DNA of 64,000 nt from Octopus vulgaris (Eukaryota), in NCBI GenBank assembly GCA_951406725.2, contig OX597819.1:119598001-119662000 (forward strand). Reading direction: 5' to 3'. The notes beneath the pieces were generated by a model, which was given only the letters and a program-made list of their open reading frames with translations, did not search any database and had not been told where the DNA came from. Positions 1 to 13,479 of this stretch are shown here, piece by piece (position 1 is the stretch's first letter; each line of letters opens with the position of its first letter). The position numbers were made by a program, and so were the translations under genes.

Positions 1-278
1 CCTGTGTGAATTATCCAAACCCCAAAGAATTCCTCTCAGCACACGGCTATGATGCTCCCCCATTACTTCTGCTCGTGATCAGAGATGCATATATCATCAG
101 CCACCAAGTGGCATGCTCAACTGGTTAAGGTCAAACAACTGACAAGCAAATCTGTGGTATTGAGAAGAATATTTGTTGTAGCCCATCTTATATACCGAGT
201 CAAAGCAATTTATAAGATAACACTTCCAATTAGTTAAGATAGAAGCCATGAGAGCCATTGCCTGGTACTGCATCAGGA

Positions 279-331
<53 letters not shown>
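1..331 (-). repeat. Dispersed repeat body plus (TTA)n tract; reverse-complement copy of the element at ~12760-13000
   Basis: 1-220 matches the reverse complement of ~12790-12985 (e.g. aattatccaaacccca / tggggtttggataatt; gtagcccatctt / aagatgggctac). A (TTA)n tract follows at 280-331. Confidence 0.8.
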
Positions 332-1947
332 GGGTGGATCGCTGCTTTGTACAGCAACATCTGCTCAGTGTTACGGGTGAACGGTCACGTTTCGGAGCCG
401 TTTAACATCTCGCGTTCGGTTCGCCAAGAATGCCCTCTCTCCTCCCTCTTGTACGTATTGACTCTCGAGCCATTACTGCGCAAGTTGGAGGCTTTGAGGG
501 GTATTCCGCGCGATCTAGGAGGTGGAAACAGCGTGTCTTCCTATGCCGACGACATTACCGTGATGGTGTCGAGCCACAGGCACATTGACCTGATTGGCGA
601 GACACTAAACGAGTACGAATCGGTGACAGGTGCGAAGATTAACGCGGAAAAGTCCGTGGGCTCGCAACTGAGCACCTGGAGAGACAAGTCTATGCCGTCC
701 AATAGTGGTGTGCTTGCTCTTCGACTTCTTGTGGAAGGGTCAGGTACCACTGGTCAGGCGATCCATCTGCTGTCAAGGCCGCTCAACATAGGCCTTGGCA
801 TGCCGTGGTTACTGATGCGCAGACATGCGCTCAGGCTACGGCATCTCAAGTGTTTCCTAGACGGTGAATAGGTGTGGTCATATTTTTGTCAGATGTGACT
901 TTCCGCAGCTCGTCTCTTTGACAGAGTTGCAGTCTTGGCTCAAACGCAGACCGAGAATGGGCGCTTGGCACTTCGTGTGCCGTCAAGCTCTCTCCGCCCT
1001 CCACCAGGCGGGCAATGCGATCGGTAGTGGTTCCACTCTAGTGTTCTATAGAGGGCTAGTGGAAGAAAAATGCGACGACGTTCTCGGGGAAATTCTAGGC
1101 GCTGACGATAACGAGCTAAACAGTCTGTTCGGGAGAACTTTCGGGCCGGGGCCAATGGATAATTTCCAAATGTCCCTCGCCTGGCAGTGCTACCTAGGGG
1201 CTCTGCCTGTTCGGGATAAAATCTACCTGCACGGAAGTGCCGTCAGACAAGCCTGCGCGAGGTGCGCCCAGGACGACGAAACCGTTCTGCACGCACTCGT
1301 CCAGTGCCCGAGTATTGCTGAACTGTGGGTTTATGTAGAACAGCTACTGTCGCGTATAGGATGGATCCGGCTATCAGCTGAATTCATAGTGAGGATAGCC
1401 CCCTCCCCCTACCTCCTTTAACCGGAAAGGCAAGGCAGTTTTCCTTTGCCTAGTGGCTGTAGCAAAAGAGGTGATATGGTTGACCCTTTTGAAAGGGCTA
1501 AGGTCAGACACTTTCCTCTTTGGCCAAGGCGTCATCAACTTTTTCAAGTTTCACTTGGAAAGGAAGGTGAGAGTACAGAGAGAAGTGATGTCTGGTAGCA
1601 AGTTTATTGAAAGGTGGGTGAATTTCGCAAGAATGGCCAGTATGAACGGACCAATTCTGATGATACACCTGTGAAAATTAAAAAGGAAATATAAAAGGAG
1701 AAAGGGGCTCTCTACACCCCTTTTGACCAGGCTCCCGTGACTTTTATGGGTTTTTCCACGAGTAACCTTTCAAAGCGCCTCCCCCTACTGGGAGTTTTAA
1801 TTGTTACTTATATTTCGTTGTTATCCTGCTTTTGTACACGGACTTTTTTTTCAAATGGACAAAACCCTTTGTAACTTTCGTCCTGTGTTTTGTCCGTTTA
1901 TGCTTTAATTGATTTTTGTTAGCCCTTGTGGCCAATAAACGAACAAA
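332..1947 (+). mobile_element. 5'-truncated, degraded L1/Tx1-clade LINE (RT C-terminal half plus CCHC zinc finger)
   Basis: ORF 248-871 has RT motifs SVRQECPLSSLLY, YADDIT and TGAKINAEKS. ORF 864-1421 has CARC..DETVLHALVQC. ORF 1453-1674 continues it after a frameshift. The 3' end has AATAAA, and the element sits in a (TTA)n tract. Confidence 0.85.
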
Positions 1948-2009
1948 TTATCATTATTATTATCATCATCATCATCATTATTATTATTATTATTCTTATT
2001 ATGGGCTCT

Positions 2010-2080
2010 GTTTGGAATCGAACTCGGAATCTTGGGGTTAGTAGCCCGCGCTCTTAACCACTACGCCATATACCCGTGGG
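2010..2080 (-). mobile_element. tRNA-derived SINE-like head
   Basis: Minus strand reads TGGCGTAGTGGTTAAGAGCGCGGGCTACTAACCCCAAGATTCCGAGTTCGATTCC (A and B boxes). Related heads occur at ~12250-12312 (-) and ~12650-12720 (+). Confidence 0.75.
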
Positions 2081-2084
2081 CAAG

Positions 2085-2128
2085 ACACGTGATGAAGGCT
2101 GGAGAGTATATCAGCTGAAACGCTGTGT
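2085..2128 (+). ncRNA. Degenerate minimal type I hammerhead ribozyme motif
   Basis: ACAC-GTGATGA-AGGCTG..CAGCT-GAAAC-GCT-GTGT. A sister copy lies at 13322-13365. The inferred consensus core is CTGATGA...GAAAC. Confidence 0.5.
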
Positions 2129-2512
2129 TAACAACAAACAAGTTGAGGACAAATATCCGTTAAACGTAAATAATGTAAATAATGTTCATAATTACTCATC
2201 TCTTAAACATAGAAGCGTGTATTTGTGTATATAATTTTGTATGTGTGTGTACATGCATACATATATATATATATATATATATTTGTGTGTGTGTGTGTGT
2301 GTGTACGCGCGCATATATATATATAATACACACATATAAATATGCATATGTATGAGAAGGTAGGTTTCGTAGTTTGTATTTATACACAATTCTTTGATTT
2401 CTCATTTAGCTAATGAAAATTTTTTGTAATGATGGCGATAATAAAGTGTAGAACAAGCATGATTATGAGGAGAAAAAACTCTAATAATGATCACAAGTAG
2501 TATCCTGAATAA

Positions 2513-2896
2513 TCTCTCTCTATATAAACGGCAGTTTGTCTGTGCGTGTTTCTGTGTGTCTGTTTGCTTGTACCCTCACCCTGACCACGGCTTTCAACCG
2601 ATTCTGATGAAACTTGACACACACATAGCCCAATGTCATAATTCAAAACTAACGCAGCGAAAATTTTGAAAAGTTCCCCCAGTTCTGAAAAAGATCGATA
2701 AATTCGACATGGGGTCGAGAATCAGAAACACAAACCATAAACTGTCTAGGGGACGCAACTCCACCTTTTTAAATCTCAAAAAAAAAATTACCATCATTTT
2801 TTTCCATTTTTTTGCTATTTTTTGGCTATAACTCTCTAAAAATGCTTTATAGTTATTTCCCTTACAAACCTGAGCAACGCCGGGCGATACTGCTAG
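2513..2896 (+). mobile_element. Non-autonomous Helitron
   Basis: Starts TC after an A, ends CTAG before a T, and has a subterminal GC-rich hairpin-like tract (cctgagcaacgccggg). No TSD. Confidence 0.7.
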
Positions 2897-3046
2897 TGTT
2901 GTATAATCTACGAAACTAAGATTAGTATATATACCATTATATATACTGATTACTATACAAAATATAAGAGCTTTAACGTCAACACAACACTGAGAGCACA
3001 ACAACCATGACTTATTTAAATATAATACGCTATTTGTTGCAAATGT

Positions 3047-3300
3047 GGAGGGACGTAGCTTAGTTTTTAGTGTGTCAACATAATGATCGTAAGATTGTGG
3101 TTTCGATTCCTGGACCGGGTGACGCGTTGTGTTCTTGAGCAAAACACTTCATTTCACGTTGCTCCAGTCCACTCAGCTGGTAAGAATGAGTAATGTTGCG
3201 ATGGGCTGGCGTTTCGTCCAGCTGGGGAACACATAAGCCATTGAAACCGGGAAACCGGACCCATGAGCCTGGCTAGGTTTTAAAAGGGCACATTTATTTA
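3047..3300 (+). mobile_element. tRNA-derived SINE
   Basis: GGAGGGACGTAGCTTAGT...GGTTTCGATTCC head, ttgagcaaaacactt core and an (ATTT)n tail. A related copy is at ~27190-27365 (-). Confidence 0.7.
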
Positions 3301-3973
3301 TTTATTCTTTTTTATTTGTTGCAAATAAAACTTTACGTTAAAGATTCAGGCTTCAGAATTCGTAAATATTTCTAGTAAAAGCCTTGTAAATTAAATTATA
3401 TAAAGCATCACACACCAGGTCGAACATAAGAGCAGTTATTTATTGTTTTTCTTTGTTTATTTATTTATTTTTGCTTTTTTTCTTAGTTGCTTTCTCTTTA
3501 TAGGTTGAAATTGGGTTTCTCCAATGACATAATCCAGCCATCAGCAAATTGTTCCGATACCTTTCTAGTGAAAGAGTAATTCAGATCTAAGTAAGTTTTG
3601 TACCATTTTCTGTTTCGCAATTTCGTAATTGGCCGTTCTAAAAGGATAGAAATAAAACTAAAAACAAATATGAAAAAAAATAAACCGAAATAGAAATAAA
3701 ATATCCTTGTGCACTGACGTTTCCAATTTTCAAACCACCAACAAATAAATTTTCCCGAGGGCATATGTTTGCATGAACTGGTAAAATGCATTAGAATAAT
3801 GGATTCCTAAAACATCAAAGTAGATGCAAAAGAAAAAGAAAAAAACAATCTGCCAATTTACAAATGCACGTCCACGCAAACACGATTATGCGGAAAGCAG
3901 CAATTTTGTTGAAACACATGCAACACCAACGCAGTCTCACAAGCGTATAGGAGAGTGTGTGTATGTTTATATG

Positions 3974-4115
<142 letters not shown>

Positions 4116-4342
4116 TTGTGTGTATATATATATGCATAGATATATACACATAGACGTATACATTCGTATACAGATACATAGATAATTACATATGGGATGT
4201 CAGTTCCTGATTTAATCCATTGTTAATGAGTTTCACACACGTTGTACATGCACGAACAACCAGGCGGTATTTCGCGCGCGTGTGTGCATGACTATATACG
4301 CACAAGCACACACACACATACACACACACACACGCACACATA

Positions 4343-4429
<87 letters not shown>

Positions 4430-5184
4430 TCCGTTATTCTTTTATTTCATTCAGACATTTGACTGTGGCCAGCACATATATATACATTTTGGTGTTCGTG
4501 CGTGTATATAGCCACGCATTTGCACGTGTGTGTCTGTATATTTACGATGTAATTGTTTTTATCATTCCGTGTCTGTATTCAATGTTACATGATACTAAAT
4601 AACACTTTATGTTTCAAGAAAACTCTGTGGAAGTCGTATATTTTATCTCACTCATCTCTAGCAAAATTAATTTATAATCAACTAAAATGAGCTGAACGTA
4701 TAAGCTGTGTATTTTCAAAGTTTTTCTATTATCGTTAATTCGAAAACTTGTATTTAAGCCATATATAATTTCATTATACGTTCCATTCAATTGAAGAAGA
4801 CCCAGCAATTATATTTCTCTTTTGAAGTATTCTTCCTGAAAAGAAATTTAGTTCATATTCTTGGTAATGTATTTCTGATTTCAGTGAATTGATTATTAAA
4901 TACACCTTCATTTTGTCTGCCGTGAAGCATATTGAGAATCACTCTAAGTTTATTTGAATTTATTTTCATTTTATGCAATTGCATATAGAAGTATATCAAA
5001 ATTCAAGTCGTTTTTAACACCATCTATCGTGTATCATTTAACACGTATTTCATCTGTCGCTGGAAATATGCGGATTCACTTAAAGATCAATTGAATTTAT
5101 TGTTATATTAAGGAAATACATGTAATCCGAGTAGGTGAAGGAAAGACGTATCAACATTTGAATCGAGGAGAGTATATAACTTAA

Positions 5185-5409
5185 TTCTTTACTACCCACG
5201 AGGGGCTAAACACAGAGAGGACAAACAAGGACAGATAAACGTATTAAGTCGATTATATCGACCCCAGTGCGTAACTGGTACTTATTTAATCGACCCCGAA
5301 AGGATGAAAGGCAAAGTCGACCTCGGCGGAATTTGAACTCAGATCGTAGCGGCAGACGAAATACCGCAAAGCATTTCGCCCGGCGTGCTAACGATTCTGC
5401 CATCACGCC
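5185..5409 (-). mobile_element. SINE (octopus-type family with GCCGAGGTCGACTTTGCCTTTCATCC central domain)
   Basis: Closely similar to copies at 14115-14342, 19908-20125, 28033-28265, 36072-36640, 39830-40063 and 63745-64000. Has a tRNA-like head. Confidence 0.9.
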
Positions 5410-5411
5410 TA

Positions 5412-5855
<444 letters not shown>

Positions 5856-6777
5856 ACTTGTACAACAGATTTTACTTGCTTATGTCATGTTCGAGACAGA
5901 TGCTGTTTAGAAATTACGTACATCATTCAAACTAGTTGTATATCGCTCGCTGATATCCCGCTTGTCAAGCGCATACTTTTTCCAATGATGTAAATTATTC
6001 CTCTCATCAGTATTTTCATATTTCCAGATCCACATAAAGTTATTTTACTGAAGAAGATATCTAAGATGTCTCATAATTCACACTCAATTTATGTGACTAT
6101 TGTCTTTATTTGCTGACACGGTCTAGCAAATCGGGCTATTTACTATCAGACCCATTTCAATATTTAAGCACTTCCTCCCACAATGTCTCGATTTACGCTA
6201 CAATTACACTATGTAACCAGAGTGATGGAGCAGCTGGCATACAGTATATCTTGCATTTATTTTGAAGGGAGTAAGGAGTCATGGTACCGTTATCCAACCA
6301 CACCGCATTCCTTCTTCTATAGCAGTTAAGAGTACCTCAACGGAATGATGTGCATGATAGCGGTGTATGTACTAGGGAGAGTTAAGCTTACGAATTGATT
6401 AAGATATCGTAATTTACTTTGTCTGGAAACCAAAGAGCATTATAAGAAAGAGCTACATGCATGCACAGGGCACCGCAAAGCAACTGTGGGAGTACTTTCA
6501 TAATACAAAATCATATGCGCTCTACATAACGGACAGAGTCAAAACTATTGGATAGGTTGCAAGACGCAATGAAAATTTTAGGAAAATAAGAAAGAAAAGT
6601 GGAAATTTTACCGGTGAGTGTGTTATATTATAAGGCACAAAAAGATAATGACTCTCCCCAGACAAAACATAATATATATATATATATATATATTACATTG
6701 GGTGAAAATCTAAAACCAAGGGAGAACGAGTATCTCAAATCATTTAGAATAATTTAATTAGGGCAAGGTTAATTTGA

Positions 6778-6855
6778 TGTCTCACAGCTGTTTCTGGGAT
6801 AACCCAAGCGGTAGGTTTGTATGTCCATGCACTGGGTATTCCATCATCAGAGACA
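6778..6855 (-). ncRNA. Type I hammerhead ribozyme motif (probably inactive: GUG triplet)
   Basis: Minus strand reads TGTCT-CTGATGA-TGGAATACCCAG..TTGGGTTATCCCA-GAAA-CAGCTG-TG-AGACA. Stem I is TGTCT/AGACA and stem III is the palindrome CAGCTG. Confidence 0.75.
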
Positions 6856-7679
6856 AGGTATGAGTATTTCAGACAGGGAAAATTTACAGTTCACAAGGAT
6901 TAAAATTCACAGTTTCAAAGGAATAAAATATAAGAACAAAGGAGTAAATAGAAGGATAAAAACTAAAGATAAGTAGAAGAGTATAGGAAGGCGAATAATG
7001 TTCAGCACCCTTTCTTTTTTTGCCAGAGAGAGAGAGAGAGAGAGAGGAAGGGGTGAGAGAGAGTAGGAAAGAGAAAATTGCAAACAATGAATGAAATAAA
7101 CATGAAATAAAAAAATCGAATAGATAATTGCTCGTTAAAAACTATCTTGTACCGAATATTTAAATTTGTGAACTTGGAATATTGAATATCAAAACGAAGT
7201 TCAGAAAGCAAGTTTACATGAAAACTTCAATTTATAAAAAAATCACGCTTAGTAAGTATTTCTTTCGGTAATTTATCGTAGTTTTGTTTGGAAATAGCGA
7301 TTGAAAACTTGAAATTATAACATTAAAACAGAGAGTGGGAGACCTCGCATATTAAAACGTAAAATTTGCCTGCAACGAATTAATATTGTTTGGATAGTTG
7401 AGACGTCAATACCGGAAGTTGGTACTGAAAAACATTTTTAAAGAAGAGAATCATATATTATAAAGCAATATTATTTATCTTTAATAAAAAAATAAAATGA
7501 AGACCCTATTACGTATCCATGTTTGAAATAATTCATGCATCCCAAGTATGGGACCAATTCGCGAAGCCGTTTTCGCGTGTAAAGCGATTACACACGCACA
7601 CAGGGTATTTTACATAGTATATATATATAAGTGTGTATACATGCGTGCACACAGACATATACCACTCAGACAAAAACGA

Positions 7680-8215
7680 TAAGAAAATATATTGTACATT
7701 TTTCATGTGATCCCGAAGAAAAAATTTGGTCGAAAGAGTAGTTGCTAAAACTTTTATCAGTAATATTTTTAACATTGTTGCAGTGTTAGTTAACTTTTCC
7801 AGAAGAAATCTAAGTCGCATTTCTTGTTTATGAATGTTATGTTTATATTCAGATCAATCATTTGCTGGTACGTCAAAACTTACATCTTCGAACAACAATT
7901 TATTGCGCATGGTTTAAATTTCATTTTATATATGCTCCTATAAAAAGAACAATTTAACCACAGGGACGGGGCAGCCTGACATATGACTGAGGTTCCATTA
8001 AAAAAAATCTGTATAACTGATCAGATGAAAAGCAAAAGTGTTAAAAATATACTTGCCAAATTCCTAACATAGCCTACGTTATCACAGTTAAGTTGCTTCA
8101 AATATCGGCATCTTACACTGGTAATGCAGAAGAGTCTCTTTGTTGCTCTTGACATCTCTAGCAGTATATTTCAAAGATTTATTGCAACATATTACCTTGT
8201 ATTCTTATTTCGTGA
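7680..8215 (+). pseudogene. Decayed LRR-coding remnant, probably the ectodomain of a GRL101-like gene
   Basis: NLVERVVAKTFISNIFNIVAVLVNFSRRNLSRIS (~7723-7825) and DQSFAGTSKLTSSNNNLL (~7852-7905) resemble LxxLxLxxNxL repeats. Confidence 0.35.
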
Positions 8216-8831
8216 TACAGGCACAAGCTTGTCCTGTATTACTAAAATGTTCACTTTGCAACCACGTAGTTTCAGGTTCAATCCCACAGCGTTGCACCTT
8301 GGATCGAACGACGCTTTGAAAGTGAATATGGTAGACGGAAACCTTGCAGAAGCCTGTCGTATATATAGATATATACGCGTAGCTATATATAGGTGTGCTT
8401 GTGTATGCGTTTGTCGCCACCACTGCATGGCAACTGTTGCTTGTTTGTTTGTTTACATCTTTGTAACTTAGCCGTTCGGCAAAAGAATCCGATAGTTGTA
8501 GTACAACTGAAATAAGTAACAGGCAAATTTGTTCGAGCATATCCTTTGAAAGTCCTGCCCCAGCATGACTGCAGTCCAGTGTCTGAAGTAGGGAAAAAGT
8601 AAAAGATGCTTACATAGAAAAAATGCCTATAATTCTTGTTATCAAGAAATAAAAGATTTTTGTGCAACTTATGTGCTTTGAGTTTGCTGAGAATCATATA
8701 TTTTATTCATCAGTACAATGTAAGAAAAGAGCGAAATCGGGGTGTCTAATATAAGATGGAATGCGTGTTTTCTTTGTAATTTTAAGTTTCTCTACCTGTA
8801 AAGATTGATCATCGAAGTTGTTATTCTTTTA

Positions 8832-8931
8832 NNNNNNNNNNNNNNNNNNNNNNNNNNNNNNNNNNNNNNNNNNNNNNNNNNNNNNNNNNNNNNNNNNNNN
8901 NNNNNNNNNNNNNNNNNNNNNNNNNNNNNNN
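8832..8931. other. Assembly gap (100 N)
   Basis: Run of n characters. Confidence 1.
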
Positions 8932-9333
8932 AAATTCCTTCTTATTTCACAAGGATCTTGTCAGCCTGGGCCTGTAGCTATTTCTCAATGTGACATTTAG
9001 TGGGACTGAAACGAGAGCCATGTTTTTGGGCAGCATATTTCATGCGTATGTATGTGTTTGCATGTATGATTATGTAGAGGTATATAGACGCACCGAAAGT
9101 TGTAAGGCTGTTTTCTTCAAGTCGAAGGGTCTGTGATTACCTGAATTAGAAGATGCATGCATATACAAATGCGTGGTGTACACGAATTCTAAATACTTTA
9201 CCTTGTGTGAAGTGAAACGCGTATGCTGTCAAACTGGATTTGTGGTTAAGGAATTTATTTCAATCTCCCGGTTACGACAAGGAAAACCCTATCATCTATA
9301 TTTTATTTCTCTTCTATCGCGATGTTGTTTATA

Positions 9334-9901
9334 TTGAGCTGTCCGGAAAGTTCGTGCCGATTTTTAATGGAAAGAAAAGGTCAATAAATACTTGCCATTG
9401 CATTTTTAATCAACCAAATATGAACCAATTTGTTGCACAATGCGTCTCCATCTTTCCTCCTTTAACTTGAAAATACCCTCTTCCCAGAATTGAGGTGGTT
9501 TCATGGCAAAGAATTCATCAAGGTATCTTTTTACGTCATCAAGGGAATTGAAATTCTTACCATTAAGACTATTCTGCAGAGACCTGAATAAGTTGAAATC
9601 CGAAGGATCAATATCTGGTGAATATGGAGGGTGGGGTAAGACATCCCAGCCAAGCTGTAGCAATTTTTGTCTGGTTCCCAAGGCATCATGTGCCGAAAAC
9701 GACGTTTCTTATCTTCCATTTTAAAGGGTTACAGAATTAACACAGGTTGTAGGAACATAAACCTTCTTCCAGGAAAAGATAGCTTAAACTTTGCTCTAAA
9801 TTGAGGTGTAGTCAAATCCTACTTTATGGACTCAAACGTGTTCTAAAATAAGTCGAAAGGTAACCTACTATATATCGGCACAAACTTTCCAGACAACCCA
9901 A
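9334..9901 (-). mobile_element. Internally deleted mariner transposon
   Basis: TIRs ttgagctgtccggaaagttcgtgccga / tcggcacaaactttccagacaacccaa with TA on both sides. ORF 9406-9681 has WDVLPHPPYSPDIDPSDFNLFRSLQN (mariner YSPDLAP motif). Confidence 0.92.
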
Positions 9902-11164
9902 TAGTTTTAATAATAAATCTCAGAGCGAGTTATAAACAGTAGCTACAACATAATGGCAAATATACGCCAATAGTTTTATTCATTTAGCAAACAGGTACTT
10001 CATCGTGCTTCTTTTTAACACCGCCTTCATCATCTCTACAGTCACCCCCAGAATACTGTTGCCTGCGATACTAGGACTGATTAGGCCGGTTACCCGAATT
10101 TTATCTCGAACGGGACGCCGCGTGCGTCCTGGGAGTTTCTCACTTACAAAACTCATATACAAAACTGAGTGGAGTGGAATAACCTCAAATAAAATGTTAT
10201 GATTAAGAACGCAAAGCATCACGGACAACCCAATACTTTCATATGACCAGTATTGATCTGCTATATCGCCTGACCTGGTAAATCCACCAATTGCAAGTTC
10301 GCAGCCCAAATATTGCTACATACTTTGTTGAGAATAACATGAAAGACTACATCGTGTTCTGAGAATTGGAAGAAGGCAAGTAAAATATTCATCTTAAATC
10401 TTCATTCCCCTTTCAGAGTCCGAAACGAGTCGAAACATCTTTAAATTCTAGGAAATACTGAAGAATCTTTAGTTTCTATTTAGAATCGACAATCGTCTCT
10501 TGCTTCCGGGACCAACAAATTATTCAACAGACAATTTGAATATTTAGAGTATTTCTTAAGCCAATAACCTTGAAAATCCTCAGTGGTTTTTGTCAAAATA
10601 GTTTCCTTTATAGTAACATCATTTTCCAGTTGTTGTTAGACACATCACTTTCATATCCGACAGGATATTTGTAACAGAGGTTATCCACTTACAATAAATG
10701 CCATGATTATTCAATTTTTTGACACCAAATTAATATCTGCTTTTCCTCGTTTTACTACCCTCCAACCATCTTAGCTCCCAAAGACTGTATGTCTTCTCAG
10801 GTATCACCAAATCTAAGATGAACGAATATACTTGAGACAATGTCTTGCTCGTTTGACAGCACTTCGTCATATCCTAGAGGATCTTCTTTACAAATTTGGT
10901 ATTTGGTTATTCTTTTTTGCACCTGGGATCAGTGAATCTATCACGTTACGAACACAGGGCAAATATCTTGAATATTCATTTGTAAAGATACTTCAATTTT
11001 TTTCTTTTAAACATGTATTAACCTTATTTACATCATTTACATTTGACGGTTAGTTGTCCTCATCTTGCTTGTTGTTATCTCAACGTTTTGGATGATATAT
11101 ACTCCAGGTTTCATCAGGTGCCCTGGGAAAATTTCGAACTTGGATATTTTTCGATGCTAATATT

Positions 11165-12175
11165 ATTATTATTCAGTAGTTTTATTTTTATAGCGTGCTT
11201 TCACTTCACTACCGAGCGCAGCTCTGTGTGCCTTGGGTATGTGCTGTGATTTGTTGTGATGCTCTGATGGTTATTGTATGGAAAGTGTTCTGCGTAGGAT
11301 GTGTGCAGTGCCTAGTAGTGCAATTTTCTGTATGTTATATGTGTTTGTAAGTCCTGGTGTTTTTGTTATGTATTTGTCTGAATATTTTTTTATCATGCCT
11401 AATGCACCTACTATGATAGGAATTGTTTCTGTTTTCAGATTCCACATTCTAGTTACCTCTATTTCCAGGTCTTTGTATTTTGAGAGTTTCTCCATTTCTT
11501 TTAGAGACACATTGTCATCTGCCGGTATTAATACATCAATTAGAAAGCAGTTTTTTCTTCATGATCTCTGACAACTATATCTGGTCTGTTGGCCTTAATT
11601 TCTCTATCTGTTTGTATCGGCATATCCCAGAGTATGGTTGCTTTCTCGTTTTCTGTGACCTTTTCTGGTGTGTGCCTATACCATCTTTTTTCTGTTGTTA
11701 TTCCATAATGTTGGCATAGCTTCCAATGTATGTAGGTTCCAACTCTGTCATGTCAGTGAATATATTCCTTCTTAGCCAGGACTGGGCAGCTAGAGATAAT
11801 ATGATTTATTGTTTCTTGTTCATCTCCACATATTCTGCAGTTACTTGTAATATTTTTTTTCATTACATGTTTTTGGTAATTTCTGGTGGGGAGGCTTTGG
11901 TCTTGTGCTGCAATTAAAAATCCCTCTGTCTCTGCTTTGAGTCCTGAGCTTCTCAACCATTGCTGGGATTTTTCGTTGTCTATTTCTTTTGCGTTTAGTT
12001 TAGTCCAGCATTTACCACGAAGGGGCTTTTCTTGCCATCGTTTTATCATGGTTCGTTGCTGTTCTATTTTTAGTTTGGATTTCAATTGTTTTATAGCTTT
12101 TGTTGTTTCTTCATCTTCTTCTTCTTCTTCTTCTTCATGTTTATTAGGTGGTATGATTTCTTGTTTGTATTTCTT
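11165..12175 (-). mobile_element. 5'-truncated R4/Dong-like non-LTR retrotransposon (restriction-like endonuclease end)
   Basis: CRICGDEQETINHIISSC zinc knuckle and KLSKYKDLEIEVTRMWNLKTETIPIIVGALG (RLE). The 3' end abuts (TAA)n. Confidence 0.85.
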
Positions 12176-12644
12176 CTTCTTATTATTATTATTATTATGA
12201 TTATTATTATTATGATTATTATTATTATTATTGTTATTATTACTAAATTCACTGCCTGGAATCGTACTCGGGATCTTGATGTTAGTAGCCTGCGCTCTTA
12301 ACCACTACGCCTTGGGTAATTATGGAATGAATTTTAGGCCTTATGAATCTAAAATATTTGATTTATAACTCTAGGATATGGTGAACAGAGCAGTATGACT
12401 AACATTGAAGGAAACTGTCTCAAGTATATTTGTTCATCTTAGATTTGGTCATATTTGAGAAGACATATGCTGTCTTTGGGAGCTAAGTTGGTTGGATACT
12501 AACATAAACAAGAGTAGATACTGATTTAGTGCCAAAAAATTGAATAATCATGGAATTTATTGTAAATGAACAACCCCTGTTACCAATATCCTGTTGGATA
12601 TGAAATTTTAGATTTATAAAACCTAGAATTCACTGCATAATTGC

Positions 12645-13447
12645 CCACAAGCATATAGCCTAGTGGTTAAGAGCGTGGGCTACTAACTCCAACATTCCGA
12701 GTTCAATTCCAGGCAGTGACCTTTATAATAATAATAGTAATAATGATAATAATAATTGATTGGAAGTATTATCATGTACAATGATTTGCCTTGGTATAAA
12801 AGATGGGCTACAGCAAATATTCTGCTCAATACAATAGATTTGCTTGTCAGTTGTTTGACCTTAACCAGTTGACCATGTCCCTTAGTGGCTGACGATATGT
12901 GCATCTCTGACCATGAGCAGAAGTAGTGGGGGAGCATTATAGCTATGTGTTGAAAGGAATTATTGGGGTTTGGATAATTTACCTTTGGAAACATGGGTGG
13001 TTCGTTCAACATCCTTAAACAAACCTTATTCAGGGACCTTTTGAGCGGGATGGGCTACTCGACCAGAAGAAAATTCTAACTGGGTCCCATCTGCAAGTTC
13101 ATGTGCTGTTTATCATGATATGAGATCACCATGTCGCGCACATCTGGTTGTGATGCAGGTGCATGGTGTACCTTCATCAGACAGGGAGTCATGATGGGTA
13201 TACTGGGCTTCGTATATTTTACCCCAGTGTCACTTTGATGGAATGCGTAATTCTCTCACTCAATAATATATAATAATAACATACCTGAGGAATGAGAACC
13301 GAAGTTCGAAATTTCCCCAGAACACTTAATGAAGGCTGGATAGTATATTAGCCGAAACGTTGTGTTTGCAACAAACAAGATGAAGAGAAATATCCGTCAA
13401 CTGTAAATAACGTACACAATTCCTCATCTCTCAAATATAGAACTCTA
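12645..13447 (+). mobile_element. Composite non-autonomous retroelement: tRNA-like head, (TAA)n, body, and hammerhead-like 3' module
   Basis: Head at 12650-12720. Body is homologous to 1-220. The 3' module at 13320-13445 is homologous to 2085-2215. Confidence 0.65.
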
Positions 13448-13479
13448 TGTATGAACGCAGAAAGAATACATTTCATCTC

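Noticed and set aside
2010-2080. tRNA genes (also ~12650, ~35340, ~46805 and ~58680)
   Set aside because: A and B boxes are present, but I could not fold a complete cloverleaf and each continues into a repeated SINE body.
9980-10309. 109-aa ORF as a host gene exon
   Set aside because: No recognisable domain, no partner exons, and no splice evidence.
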